This document shows, one piece after another, positions 15,965-25,504 of a stretch of 64,000 bases of DNA. The stretch's first letter is position 1; each line of letters begins with the position of its first letter. Origin of the DNA: an uncultured Thermoanaerobaculia bacterium (GTDB lineage Bacteria > Acidobacteriota > Thermoanaerobaculia > Thermoanaerobaculales > Sulfomarinibacteraceae); the NCBI GenBank assembly GCA_964609835.1, contig CAZSTH010000001.1, positions 34,087-98,086 on the forward strand. Direction: 5' to 3'. The position numbers were made by a program, and so were the translations under genes. Under the pieces are notes generated by a model. The model searched no databases. It was not told the DNA's origin and saw only the letters and a program-made list of their open reading frames with translations.

Positions 15965-17053
15965 TCAACCGTGGTCCGCGGCGAAGCGCTCCATGAACCC
16001 GGCCAAGGTCTCGACCCCCTCGATCGGCATCGCGTTGTAGATCGATGCGCGGCAGCCACCGACCGATCGGTGGCCCTTGAGTCCCACCATCCCCGCAGCC
16101 TTGGCGTCGGAGACGAAACGTGCCTCCAGCTCCTCGGACGGCAACCGGAAGACGACGTTCATGAACGAGCGGCTCCCCTCCTCGACCGGGCAGCGGTAGA
16201 AGTCCGGATGGGTGGCGATGACGTCGTACAGGCGGCCGCCTTTGGCCCGGTTGCGCTCCTCCATCGCGCGCAGCCCACCCTCCTCTTTCACCCACTGGAG
16301 GACGTTGCGGACCATGTAGATCGCGAAAACTGGCGGTGTGTTGTAGAGCGACTCCTTGGCGGCGTAGGTCGCGTACGAGAGCATGCTGGGGAGGCGCTGG
16401 TTGGCCGTGTCGAGCCACGATTTCCGGAGCACCACAACGGTCACGCCCGCGGGCCCGATGTTCTTCTGGGCACCGGCGTAGATGAGGTGGAAGCGGTTGG
16501 CGTCGAAGGGTCGCCACATGAAGTCCGACGACATGTCGGCGACCAGCGGGACCGACCCGGTGTCCGGGAAATCGTGATATTGGGTCCCCTTGATCGTGTT
16601 GTTCGAGGTGATATGGACGTACGCCGCATCCGGGTCGAAGTCGCAGTCGCCTGCCGCCGGGATGCGTGTGAACCCGTCATCCTCGCTCGAGCCCGCGGTA
16701 CGCCCGCGCGCCACGATCTTCGCCTCCTTGAGCGCCTTGGTCGACCAGGTTCCGGTGTTGACGTAATCCGCGGACCCACCTTCGGGAATGAAGTTCATCG
16801 GCAGCATCGCGAACTGAAGTGACGCGCCGCCCTGGATGAACAGCACCTGATGGTCGTCGTCGAGACCGAGCAGCTCGGCCACGAGGTCCATCGCCTGATG
16901 GTGGACGGCGTCATATTCGGGCGATCGGTGCGACGTCTCCATCACCGACATCCCGGTGCCCTCCCAGTCGGGGATCTCGGCTTCGGCTCGCTCGAGGGCG
17001 GGTCTCGGCAGCGTGGCGGGACCGGCGTAGAAGTTCCAGATTCGGCTCATCAC
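15965..17053 (-). CDS. serC: phosphoserine aminotransferase
   Basis: NFYAGPATLP...METSHRSPEY...FIQGGASLQF...GLKGHRSVGGCRASIYNA are SerC signatures. Confidence 0.9.
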   Translation of the reverse strand: MMSRIWNFYAGPATLPRPALERAEAEIPDWEGTGMSVMETSHRSPEYDAVHHQAMDLVAELLGLDDDHQVLFIQGGASLQFAMLPMNFIPEGGSADYVNTGTWSTKALKEAKIVARGRTAGSSEDDGFTRIPAAGDCDFDPDAAYVHITSNNTIKGTQYHDFPDTGSVPLVADMSSDFMWRPFDANRFHLIYAGAQKNIGPAGVTVVVLRKSWLDTANQRLPSMLSYATYAAKESLYNTPPVFAIYMVRNVLQWVKEEGGLRAMEERNRAKGGRLYDVIATHPDFYRCPVEEGSRSFMNVVFRLPSEELEARFVSDAKAAGMVGLKGHRSVGGCRASIYNAMPIEGVETLAGFMERFAADHG

Positions 17054-17060
17054 ACCCTCC

Positions 17061-17942
17061 TCAGGCGGTCTGCTGGACGAAGTCCTCGAGAATTCTCACC
17101 ACGACGTCGCCGATCCGCAACATATTCTCCCGGCTCGAGGCTCCGAGGTGCGGTGTCATGATCACGTTCGGGGCGTCGTAGAGCGGGCACGACTGGTCCG
17201 GAGGGTCGCACTCGTAGACGTCGGTCGCGTACGCGCGCAGCTTGCCCGAACCGAGAGCCGCCACCACGTCCTTTTCGACCACGCAGCCCCCGCGCGCGGT
17301 GTTCACGATCACGACTCCGTCCTTCATGTTGGCGACGGTCTCGGAGTTGATCATCCCCTTTGTGCTGTCGGTGAGAGGAACGTGAAGCGAAATGAAATCA
17401 GATTGCGCGAAGAGCTCGTCGAGATTCACAAGGTCCACGCACTCATGGCTCTTGAGCAGCGGATCGTAGGCGATCACGCGCATCCCGAATGCGATCGCCC
17501 GCCGTGCGAGCTCGGTTCCGATGTTGCCGGCCCCCATCAGGCCGAGCGTCTTGCCCATCAGCTCGGTCCGCTTGAGCTCCTTCTTCAGCCAACTCCGCTG
17601 TTTCATGCCCTCGTGCCCCTCCACCAGCCGCGTCGGCACCGCGATCATGAGCGCGAAGGCCAGCTCGGCTACCGCCACCGCTGACGCCTGCGCGGTGTTG
17701 AACACCTGGATGCCCTTCGAGCGCGCGTACTCGACGTCGATGTTGTCGAGACCGACGCCGCCGCGGATGATCAGGCGCAGGTTCTTGGCCTGATCGATGT
17801 ATTCCCGGGTGCACTTGGTCTTCGAGCGCACCAGCACCACGTCGACCTCGGGCAGCCGGTCCTTGTCACTGGTCACCTCGCCGAACGCCTCCAGCTTGCC
17901 GGGCAACGATGGGTCGAATGCATCGGAAATGAGAATCTTCAT
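17061..17942 (-). CDS. serA: D-3-phosphoglycerate dehydrogenase (short form, D-2-hydroxyacid dehydrogenase family)
   Basis: GLMGAGNIGTELARRA NAD-binding motif, HVPLT, VNTARGG, TPHLGASS. Trimmed to ATG 17942 (MKILISD). Lies in an operon with serC. Confidence 0.8.
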   Translation of the reverse strand: MKILISDAFDPSLPGKLEAFGEVTSDKDRLPEVDVVLVRSKTKCTREYIDQAKNLRLIIRGGVGLDNIDVEYARSKGIQVFNTAQASAVAVAELAFALMIAVPTRLVEGHEGMKQRSWLKKELKRTELMGKTLGLMGAGNIGTELARRAIAFGMRVIAYDPLLKSHECVDLVNLDELFAQSDFISLHVPLTDSTKGMINSETVANMKDGVVIVNTARGGCVVEKDVVAALGSGKLRAYATDVYECDPPDQSCPLYDAPNVIMTPHLGASSRENMLRIGDVVVRILEDFVQQTA

Positions 17943-17956
17943 GGCTCCCCCTCGTC

Positions 17957-19204
17957 TCAGTCTTCGAGCGGCCTGACGATCAGGCCGGAACGCAGCTTGG
18001 GTTCGAACCAGGTCGACTTCGGCGGCATCACGAGTCCGGAGTCGGCAACCGCGAAGAGCTGGTCGATGGATGTCGGATAGAGGGCGAAGGCGACTGCCCA
18101 CTCCCCGGACTCGACTCGACGCTCGAGCTCCTTCAGGCCACGGATCCCGCCCACGAAATCGATGCGCTCGTCCGAGCGTGGATCGCCGATTCCGAGAACC
18201 GAGGCCAGCAGGTTGTTCTGCAGGATTGCCACGTCGAGCCGGTTGACGGGGTCGTCCTCCGGCACGCCTGCGGCTCGTGCCCGCAGGCGATACCATCGGC
18301 CACGCAGGAACATGCCGAACTCCCGAGCCGTCGCGGGGCGGCCGTCATCGCCCGTCTCGTCCACCTCGAACGCCCCGGACACCGCCTCCAGGAATTGCTT
18401 GTCGGTGAGCCCGTTCAAGTCCCTGACGATCCGGTTGTAGTCGAGGATCTTCATCTGGTTGTCGGGGAAGATCACCGACAGGAAGTAGTTGTAGGCTTCA
18501 TCGCCGTGGTGGTCCGGGTTTGCCTCGCGACGGAGGGCCCGGATCCTCGTTCCCGCGGCCGAGCGGTGGTGGCCGTCGGCCACGTAGAGCTCGGGTACCG
18601 ACGCGAAGGCCCCAACCAAGGCGTCCCGTTCGGCGGGACCGTCGACGACCCACAGAACATGCTGGATGCCGTCGTCGGCGATGAAGTCGTAGGCCGGCTC
18701 GGCGGCGGTCAGACGCTCGACCAGGGCGTCGATCTCGGGCCGGGCCCGGTAGGTCAGGAAGACCGGACCGGTGTTGGCGTCGAGGGCGTCGATGTGCCGC
18801 GTGCGGTCATCCTCCTTGACCGGACGCGTGTGCTCGTGCTTCTTGATCAGATCCGCTTCGTACTCGTCGACGCTCGCCCCGGCCACCAGGCCGGTCTGGA
18901 CGTGGTCACCCATCCGCTGCCTGTAGAGGTAGAGGGACGGCTCGTCGTCCCGCAGCAGGACGCCTTCGTGCATCAACCGCCGGAGATTCTCGGCCCCCTT
19001 GGCGTAAACCTTTGGCGCGTAGACGTCAACGCCGGGCTCGAGGTCGATCTCGGGCTTGACCACGTGAAGAAACGACAGTGGCCGGCCGGCTGCCATCTCC
19101 CGCGCCTCCGGGGTGGACACCACGTCGTAGGGGGGGCTCGCGACCTCGGCGCACAGATCCGGCCGGGGGCGCCATCCCCTGAACGGTTGAACTCGCGCCA
19201 TCAC
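17957..19204 (-). CDS. DUF1015 family protein
   Basis: The N-terminal VQPFRGWRP...SPPYDVV and internal YVADGHHR motifs are typical of DUF1015. First gene of the serA/serC array. Confidence 0.8.
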   Translation of the reverse strand: MMARVQPFRGWRPRPDLCAEVASPPYDVVSTPEAREMAAGRPLSFLHVVKPEIDLEPGVDVYAPKVYAKGAENLRRLMHEGVLLRDDEPSLYLYRQRMGDHVQTGLVAGASVDEYEADLIKKHEHTRPVKEDDRTRHIDALDANTGPVFLTYRARPEIDALVERLTAAEPAYDFIADDGIQHVLWVVDGPAERDALVGAFASVPELYVADGHHRSAAGTRIRALRREANPDHHGDEAYNYFLSVIFPDNQMKILDYNRIVRDLNGLTDKQFLEAVSGAFEVDETGDDGRPATAREFGMFLRGRWYRLRARAAGVPEDDPVNRLDVAILQNNLLASVLGIGDPRSDERIDFVGGIRGLKELERRVESGEWAVAFALYPTSIDQLFAVADSGLVMPPKSTWFEPKLRSGLIVRPLED

Positions 19205-19326
19205 ATCCTCCTCGCGCTCGCTCTGGCGGCAGCGGCATCACTCTCCGGACCGCCGCCGTGGATGAGGGAACTGAATCGATGCCGGCCCGGCAGCGCCCCG
19301 TTCCCGCGGCGACCCGGACCGGCGTC

Positions 19327-19355
19327 ATTGTACTGTTTGTGAAACTACGATACAA
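19327..19355 (-). promoter_or_regulatory. putative sigma-70-type promoter (TTGTAT-17-TACAAT) of the DUF1015-serA-serC array
   Basis: On the minus strand the -35 TTGTAT is at 19355..19350, followed by a 17-nt spacer and the -10 TACAAT at 19332..19327, about 120 nt upstream of ATG 19204. Confidence 0.4.
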
Positions 19356-19373
19356 GCGCGACGTGGCGGGAGG

Positions 19374-19961
19374 TCAGGAGAGCACCAGCCGCAGCCGGAT
19401 CCGGCCTTCCCACCCCTTGCCCCAGACCTCGAGGAAGAACGGGCGGCCCGCGGACAGGTCTCGGGGCCGCTCGAAGTACAGGAGGTCGACCATGCCGTAC
19501 CCTCGTCGCAAGGTGACGCTGTCGCGCAGCACGTTGCCGCGACCGGTCTGGAGATCCGGGAAGAAGTTGGTGGGGCCCAGCTTGCGGCTCGAGTACCAGA
19601 CCCGCCACGGGATTCCCCCAGTGGACATCATACGGCGGTCGAGCACCATCTTGCCGTAGTCCCGCCGCCAGTCCCTGACCGACGGCATGACGTAGACAAG
19701 CCCGTCGAGGTCACGCAGCCGGAAACTGTCGCGGTCGAGGGTGACCGGATTCTTGGCGTTGTTCTGAACCCCAACCACGATCGGCAGGTATGGCTGGTCG
19801 AGGCGCTGCGCGGTCAGCGTCAGGACCGCCCACACGCGACCGTTCTCGTCCTCGGCGATCACCTCCGGCCGGGGTTGCTCCGGCTCTGCGGCCGAGGCCG
19901 GACCGAGGACGAGCACGATCGGCGCAGCCAGCATGACGAACGTCGCGGCGAGATGCTTCAC
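19374..19961 (-). CDS. hypothetical secreted protein
   Basis: Start chosen at GTG 19961, giving the signal-like N-terminus VKHLAATFVMLAAPIVLVLGPASA. An alternative is ATG 20021; the 20144 start would overlap the MFS gene. No family recognised. Confidence 0.5.
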   Translation of the reverse strand: MKHLAATFVMLAAPIVLVLGPASAAEPEQPRPEVIAEDENGRVWAVLTLTAQRLDQPYLPIVVGVQNNAKNPVTLDRDSFRLRDLDGLVYVMPSVRDWRRDYGKMVLDRRMMSTGGIPWRVWYSSRKLGPTNFFPDLQTGRGNVLRDSVTLRRGYGMVDLLYFERPRDLSAGRPFFLEVWGKGWEGRIRLRLVLS

Positions 19962-20048
19962 ATCAGATCCCACCGCCACAACCTCCCGGGCCGGCCGGTT
20001 GTTCCGATTCCAGGCCTGCATTCCCGCAGCCACGGCGACGATCCCGCG

Positions 20049-20054
20049 TACAAT
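20049..20054 (+). promoter_or_regulatory. putative -10 box TACAAT upstream of the MFS gene
   Basis: TACAAT lies 29 nt before ATG 20084, with a GGAGGA SD in between. Confidence 0.35.
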
Positions 20055-20083
20055 GCCCGGCGGGCTGCGAGGAACGGAGGACC

Positions 20084-21256
20084 ATGCAACCGCATCGAGA
20101 TCTCTACCGCGCCCTCGGCGCGACCCTCTTCTTCGGCGCGGCATCGGGGATCTTCGCCGCGACCCTCAACAACTACCTGGCCGAGGTCCACCATCTCGGA
20201 GCCGAGGCTCGCGGCTGGCTCGAGTTTCCGCGCGAGCTTCCCGGCTTCTTGATCATCCTCGTCTCAGGCGCGATGCTGACGGTGTTCCGGGAGACCCAGA
20301 TGGCGGCGGCGGCGATGCTGCTGTCCGCTGTCGGCGCGCTCGGGCTCGGCTACCTCGCCCCGGCCCACGCGGCGCTCGTGCTCTTCATCATCGTGTGGTC
20401 GCTGGGCGACCACATCATCTTTGCAGTCGAGGGTCCGATCGGGCTCAAGTTGGCCGCCGGCGGACGGGAGGGGCGCCGGCTGGGTCAGTTCGGAGGCGCC
20501 CGCAACCTCGGCACCATCATCGGTGTCGGCGCCGTCTACGTGCTCGCGCGGATCTACGGGGACCGATTCTCGCTCTTTTACGCGCTGGCTGCCGCGAGCG
20601 CCGTGGCGGCCGGCGTTCTCTACGCAAGGCTCGGCATCGGCACCGGCGACCCCCCGTCCCGCCGCCTCGTTTACAAGCCGCGGTACCGGCTCTTCTACGC
20701 CATCTCGGCCCTGTTCGGCATTCGCAAGCAGATCTTCCTCGCCTTCGGTGCGTGGGTGCTGATCGAGCTGCACGGCGTCACGGTCGGCACCATCGCCCTC
20801 CTCTATTTCATCGGTGCGGCGCTCGCCGTCGTGCTGCGTCCCTTGCTCGGGGAGGTCATCGACTGGCTCGGCGAGCGCACCGTGCTGGCGGCCGACGAGC
20901 TCCTGCTGCTGGCGATCTGCCTCACCTATGCCTTCGCCGGCGACCTGCTGTCCGGTCACTGGGTGCTCGTGGCACGGTACGCGGCCTACGTGCTCGACAT
21001 GATTCTGTTCGCGCTCCGCGTCGCCCGCACCACCTACCTCAAGAAGATCGCCGAAGACCCCGCCGATATCACGCCGACCATCTCGATGGGCATCACCATC
21101 GACCACGCGGTGGCCATGACCTTGCCGGTGCTCTCCGGATATCTCTGGGAGGCCTTCGGTTTTCGCTGGGTCTTCATCCTCGCCGGGACGATCGCGCTCG
21201 TCGGCTTCTTCGTCTGCCTCAGGATCAGCACCCCCGAGCGCCCGCGAAACCGATGA
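20084..21256 (+). CDS. MFS transporter
   Basis: About 12 hydrophobic segments across 390 aa, with an MFS-like loop (GRRLGQFGGARNLG). Substrate unknown. Confidence 0.7.
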   Translation: MQPHRDLYRALGATLFFGAASGIFAATLNNYLAEVHHLGAEARGWLEFPRELPGFLIILVSGAMLTVFRETQMAAAAMLLSAVGALGLGYLAPAHAALVLFIIVWSLGDHIIFAVEGPIGLKLAAGGREGRRLGQFGGARNLGTIIGVGAVYVLARIYGDRFSLFYALAAASAVAAGVLYARLGIGTGDPPSRRLVYKPRYRLFYAISALFGIRKQIFLAFGAWVLIELHGVTVGTIALLYFIGAALAVVLRPLLGEVIDWLGERTVLAADELLLLAICLTYAFAGDLLSGHWVLVARYAAYVLDMILFALRVARTTYLKKIAEDPADITPTISMGITIDHAVAMTLPVLSGYLWEAFGFRWVFILAGTIALVGFFVCLRISTPERPRNR

Positions 21257-21535
21257 TCTTGCGCTCCTGGCCGAGAGAGCTGTCGGCTCCGCGCTGCCGC
21301 GGGAAGAGCCCGATGTGGTGGCGCTGATTCCGCGGGTACGACCGAACGGTGTCGAGGCCCCGGACCTGCGGCCCCTCGCCACTTTGGAAACGGATCGGGT
21401 CGAATGGGATCCCGATCTCGACCTGGTACCCGTCGGCGGGCCGCGTGGCCGCGGACGTCGTCGTTGATGGCATCGGTCTGCACTCCAAAAGGGTTGACCA
21501 TGTACTCGTCCGCGCGGCGCTCGAGATCCGTTTGC

Positions 21536-24193
21536 TCAGGGCGAGTCCCCGAGCCGAGGCAGCAGCAAGGAGTTGAAGACCAGCTTGAAGGTCGCCGGAG
21601 TCGAGCCGCGAAACTGGGGCCGAAACCCGAACAGGACGATCTGGCCCTCTCCCGCCCGCACCCAGACCGCGGCGGGCCGGTTGCGCAGCGCCTTCTCCCC
21701 CTCCAGGTAGCCGCTGAGCAACAGCTCGCGATCGGGGTGGACGGCCACCACCCGGCGGTCGGTGTCGAGGCTCGGAATCGACGTTGCCAGCACCGGCCGC
21801 CCACGCGAGAACGCCCCGCCCTGCCTCGGCATGCCCAAAGTCACAGGGTGCCCCTCGAGAAAGTCGACGGCGAGGAAGGCCCCCGGAACCATCAGCCCCT
21901 TGTCGTCGGCGGATTCGGTCGCGTCACGCACCGGGAGATCCAGGCGTTCGCCGTTCTCATCATCGCCGCCGGTCGCCGCCAGGCCATCAGTGAACAGGCC
22001 CGCCGATCCGCCCCATGACACGACCACGCCGCCGCCCAGGATGAACTCGGTCAGCCGCGCCAGGCCCCGCTTCGAGATCGGCTTCCGGTACTCGGGCGGA
22101 AAGTCGTTGACGACGTAGCGGTCGCCGCGCTTGTACTTGCCCTTCGTGAGCACGTCATGGCTCGCAGCCGGGAACACCACCACGTCGAAGTTGCGCGCCA
22201 GCCCCGCGTCCTCGACGTCTTCAGGATGGAGCACCGTGTACTCGACGCCGTAGCTGTCGAAGAGGTAGCGGGTCCAACCGGCGTCCATGTCGTGGAACCA
22301 GGTTTCCACCAATGCCACCCGCGGCCGGCGCAGCTTCGACGTCGGGACCATGATCTCGGAGTCGAGGACGCGCGGCTCGATCGCCGAGCTCGCCGCCACC
22401 CTCTCGACCGCCCCGGCCGGCGCACCACCGGTCAGGATGACGAAGCTGCCGGGCGGCAGCTGGTCCCCACCGTGCTCGAAGCCGCCGGTCAGCCGCCTGA
22501 CCTCCATGCCTTCCGCGAGGGCGGTGAAAGCCGCACGGTAGGCCTGGTTGCTGGTGCACGGGTAGACCAGCGCCCAGGCGCCCCCGGGCACCTCCGTCAC
22601 GCGGCGCAGCGAGCCGGGTTCCAGCGGCTGCAGGTGGCGGTCGAGCTCGTCGGAACGGGTGTCGATCTGGAGTGCTCGCACACCCATGTGCAGCGGCAGC
22701 GACCAGCTGGTGATGTCGTACGGCCGGATCAGTTCGCCGTCAGGGGTGTAGTGGCGCTCCGGGTAGCGCTGGCGCTCCATCACCTCCTTGACGAAGGGCC
22801 GGTACGGCTGGCTCAGCGGCACCACGATGTCGCCCTCCGAGAGCGCCGTGTCTCCGACCGTGACCGTCCCCCCGAGCCGGTACAGCTCGATTCCGTGCTC
22901 GTCGAGCAGCTCCACCAGCTCGATGACCGCGCCGGGGTCGTGCTGGCGCGAGGGCAGCACGTAGTAGAAGGGCGGCTGGCTCCGACCCTTCTCGACCTCC
23001 TCCCGGCAGAGGTGGTTGCGGTGCTCGAGGATCGCGCGGCGGTGACGGGATGCCGTCCGCAGAATCGAGGACATGGTCGAAAGCTCGTAGGCCACGATCT
23101 CGGAGAGCCCCCAGCGGCCGCCCGGCCATGGGTCGGTCATGTTGACGCCCTTCTTGTACTCTGACAGGCCCTTGCCCCGCACCGTGAGCTCGGTCGGCTC
23201 GACGAAGATTGGCGTCGCGAGCCGGCAGCTCGCCGCCTCGGTCAGGAAGCTGATGACGTTCTTCCAATGCGAGGTCTCGGTCGACCCCGGCCAGTAGTCG
23301 TCGAACAACCAGTTGCTGGCCACGCCCTGCAGGCCGTCGTCCGCCATGTCGCGCCGCAGCTCGGCCCCGAAAACCGCCGACCAGTTCCACAGCCCTTCGT
23401 CGATGACCTGTGCGATCGGGTCGTGGTTTGGCGGCACGAAATAGCGGGGCCCGGTGGAACCCATCTGGTGCTTCTCGACCAGCACGTGCGGATACCACTC
23501 GGTGCTGTAGAGCCGCGAGATGACCCGCGTGTCCTCCTGGGTGAGGGCGACGAAGTCGCGGTTGTTGTCGTGGCCGACGTACCTGTGATAGACGCCCGGC
23601 AGCGACGAGCCCTCGTACGGCGTCCCGAGGTACCTGCGGTAGTGCTCCACCACCATGTCCATTCCGTCGGGGTTGTGGCAGAGCACGAACATCTGCACCA
23701 CGTTATCGAGCGCCTCCACCAACTCGGCGTCATCAGCGGTTGCCATCCGGTAGGCGAAGATCGGCAGCGACTGGCTCGGGCCCACCTCCCCCGAGTGCAT
23801 CGACAAGGTCTCCATCACGAACACGCGCCCCTCCTTGACGAGCTGCTCGCGCTCGTCGGCGCCGAGGTCCGGATCGAGCGCGAGGCGGCGGTTGATCTCC
23901 CGCAGCTCGTCGAGGCGGGCGAGGTTCGCGGGCGACGAGATGAACGCCACGTACATCGTCCGGCCGAGCGGTGACTCACCCACCGTGCGCATCTCGATGC
24001 GCGGCGAGGCCTCCGCCAACCGCTGCATCACGTCCACGAGCTGGCCGTAGTCCATCAGCTCCCGGTCGGCGCCTGGCTCGAAACCGAGAACCTCCCGCGG
24101 GTGGGGCACCGGGGCCTCACCCTGGTGGGCCGGAAGCGTACCGGCGACCACGACCGCGATCGCGAGCCATACCACGCGCTGCAATCTGAGCAT
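21536..24193 (-). CDS. secreted M14-family zinc carboxypeptidase-like protein (large, multi-domain)
   Basis: Signal peptide MLRLQRVVWLAIAVVVAGTLPA; MHSGEVG (HxxE zinc motif), CHNPDG, YVGHDNNRDF. Confidence 0.8.
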   Translation of the reverse strand: MLRLQRVVWLAIAVVVAGTLPAHQGEAPVPHPREVLGFEPGADRELMDYGQLVDVMQRLAEASPRIEMRTVGESPLGRTMYVAFISSPANLARLDELREINRRLALDPDLGADEREQLVKEGRVFVMETLSMHSGEVGPSQSLPIFAYRMATADDAELVEALDNVVQMFVLCHNPDGMDMVVEHYRRYLGTPYEGSSLPGVYHRYVGHDNNRDFVALTQEDTRVISRLYSTEWYPHVLVEKHQMGSTGPRYFVPPNHDPIAQVIDEGLWNWSAVFGAELRRDMADDGLQGVASNWLFDDYWPGSTETSHWKNVISFLTEAASCRLATPIFVEPTELTVRGKGLSEYKKGVNMTDPWPGGRWGLSEIVAYELSTMSSILRTASRHRRAILEHRNHLCREEVEKGRSQPPFYYVLPSRQHDPGAVIELVELLDEHGIELYRLGGTVTVGDTALSEGDIVVPLSQPYRPFVKEVMERQRYPERHYTPDGELIRPYDITSWSLPLHMGVRALQIDTRSDELDRHLQPLEPGSLRRVTEVPGGAWALVYPCTSNQAYRAAFTALAEGMEVRRLTGGFEHGGDQLPPGSFVILTGGAPAGAVERVAASSAIEPRVLDSEIMVPTSKLRRPRVALVETWFHDMDAGWTRYLFDSYGVEYTVLHPEDVEDAGLARNFDVVVFPAASHDVLTKGKYKRGDRYVVNDFPPEYRKPISKRGLARLTEFILGGGVVVSWGGSAGLFTDGLAATGGDDENGERLDLPVRDATESADDKGLMVPGAFLAVDFLEGHPVTLGMPRQGGAFSRGRPVLATSIPSLDTDRRVVAVHPDRELLLSGYLEGEKALRNRPAAVWVRAGEGQIVLFGFRPQFRGSTPATFKLVFNSLLLPRLGDSP

Positions 24194-24216
24194 GTCAGCC
24201 TCCTTCAGCAGCTCTC

Positions 24217-24222
24217 ATTGTA
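24217..24222 (-). promoter_or_regulatory. putative -10 box TACAAT upstream of the M14 peptidase gene
   Basis: TACAAT lies 23 nt upstream of ATG 24193, with a GAAGGAGG SD in between. Confidence 0.4.
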
Positions 24223-24293
24223 GGCTCGCTGTCAAACAGCGGCGACGGTCCCGGACCGCGACTGGTAGGATGCCGCCACCGGAGGTGTCGACC

Positions 24294-25472
24294 ATGGCCA
24301 CGTCGTTTCATCCCCCGCAGCGCACGCTCATGGGACCCGGTCCCTCCGACGTCTCGCCTCGCGTCCTCGAGGCGATGGCGCGGCCGACCCTCGGCCACCT
24401 CGATCCGCGTTTCGTCGCTTTCATGGACGAGGTCAAGGAGTTGCTGCGTTCGGCCTTTCGCACGGTCAACCCGCTCACCATGCCGGTGTCCGGTCCCGGC
24501 TCGGTCGGCATGGAGACCTGCTTCGTCAACCTCGTCGAGCCCGGCGACACCGTGATCGTCTGCATCAACGGCGTCTTCGGCGGCCGCATGCGGGAGAACG
24601 TCGAGCGCTGCGGCGCGACGGCGGTTGTCGTCGAGGACCCGTGGGGGCGCGCGGTGGATCCCGGCAAGGTGGACGCGGCCCTCGCGGCCCACCCGGAGGC
24701 GTCGCTGTTGGCATTCGTTCACGCCGAGACCTCGACCGGCGCTCGCTCCGACGTCGAGACGCTGGTCGATCTGGCGCACGACCACGGCTGCCTCGCCATC
24801 GTCGACGCGGTGACCTCCCTCGCCGGGGTACCGCTGCTGGTGGATGAGTGGCGGATCGACGCCGTCTACTCCGGCAGCCAGAAGTGTTTGTCGTGCACCC
24901 CGGGGCTGTCACCCGTCAGCTTCGGCGATCGCGCGGTGAAGCGGATCCGCAGCCGTTCCAGCCGGATCCAGAGCTGGTTCATGGACATGGATCTGGTGAT
25001 GGGATATTGGGGCGGCGAGGGCCAGCGCACCTACCACCACACCGCACCGGTCAACGCCCTGTACGGCCTCCACGAGGCGTTGGTGATCCTGCACGAGGAG
25101 GGGCTCGAGGCTTCGTGGCAACGCCATCTCCGCTACCACCACGCGCTCCGCGCCGGGTTCGAGGCCATGGGGCTCGAGTTGGCGGTGCCCGAGACCGAAA
25201 GGCTGCCGCAGCTCAACGTCATCCGGGTGCCGGCCGGCATCGACGACGCCAGGGTCCGCGGCCGACTGCTCGACGAGTACCGGCTCGAGGTCGGCGCCGG
25301 CCTCGGTGCGCTCGCAGGCTCGGTGTGGAGGATCGGGCTGATGGGGCACAGCTGCAACCTCGCCAACGTGCTGCTGTGCCTCAACGCCTTCGAGTCCGTG
25401 CTCGCCGGCGAGGGGGCCGCGATCGAGCCCGGCGTCGCCCAGCCGACGGCACTCGCGACATACCACGCGTGA
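24294..25472 (+). CDS. class-V aminotransferase (alanine-glyoxylate / serine-pyruvate type)
   Basis: TLMGPGPSDVSPRVLEAM..., VHAETSTG, SGSQKCL (PLP Lys). Start trimmed to ATG 24294, preceded by GGAGG. Confidence 0.85.
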   Translation: MATSFHPPQRTLMGPGPSDVSPRVLEAMARPTLGHLDPRFVAFMDEVKELLRSAFRTVNPLTMPVSGPGSVGMETCFVNLVEPGDTVIVCINGVFGGRMRENVERCGATAVVVEDPWGRAVDPGKVDAALAAHPEASLLAFVHAETSTGARSDVETLVDLAHDHGCLAIVDAVTSLAGVPLLVDEWRIDAVYSGSQKCLSCTPGLSPVSFGDRAVKRIRSRSSRIQSWFMDMDLVMGYWGGEGQRTYHHTAPVNALYGLHEALVILHEEGLEASWQRHLRYHHALRAGFEAMGLELAVPETERLPQLNVIRVPAGIDDARVRGRLLDEYRLEVGAGLGALAGSVWRIGLMGHSCNLANVLLCLNAFESVLAGEGAAIEPGVAQPTALATYHA

Positions 25473-25504
25473 AGATCAGCGCGGCGCGTCCCGGCGCTGC
25501 GGCG

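Noticed and set aside
15936-16517. N-terminal extension of ORF 15177..16517 (446 aa), and likewise of 17061..18296 (411 aa) and 531..1769
   Set aside because: The extensions overlap serC, DUF1015 and the ferredoxin gene in other frames and are Arg/Pro-rich. Homology-like sequence begins at the internal Met codons 15935, 17942 and 1604.
21466-21480. TGGCATCGGTCTGCA in the MFS/M14 gap as a possible sigma-54 promoter
   Set aside because: The GC is displaced by one position (N9 spacing), and no downstream plus-strand gene exists.
21225-21576. Small ORFs in the 280-bp gap between MFS and M14: 87 aa on the minus strand (21225..21488) and 75 aa on the plus strand (21349..21576)
   Set aside because: The two share third-codon positions, so GC3 cannot discriminate between them. 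Each overlaps a neighbouring gene's end, and neither has motifs or a clear SD. They are left unannotated, though a real small gene here cannot be excluded.
24217-24235. Perfect TTGACA close to TACAAT upstream of the M14 gene, as a canonical -35/-10 pair
   Set aside because: The spacer is only 7 nt and cannot function as a standard sigma-70 promoter. I kept only the -10 call. TTGACG 10 nt from TATCCT before rnpB has a similar problem.
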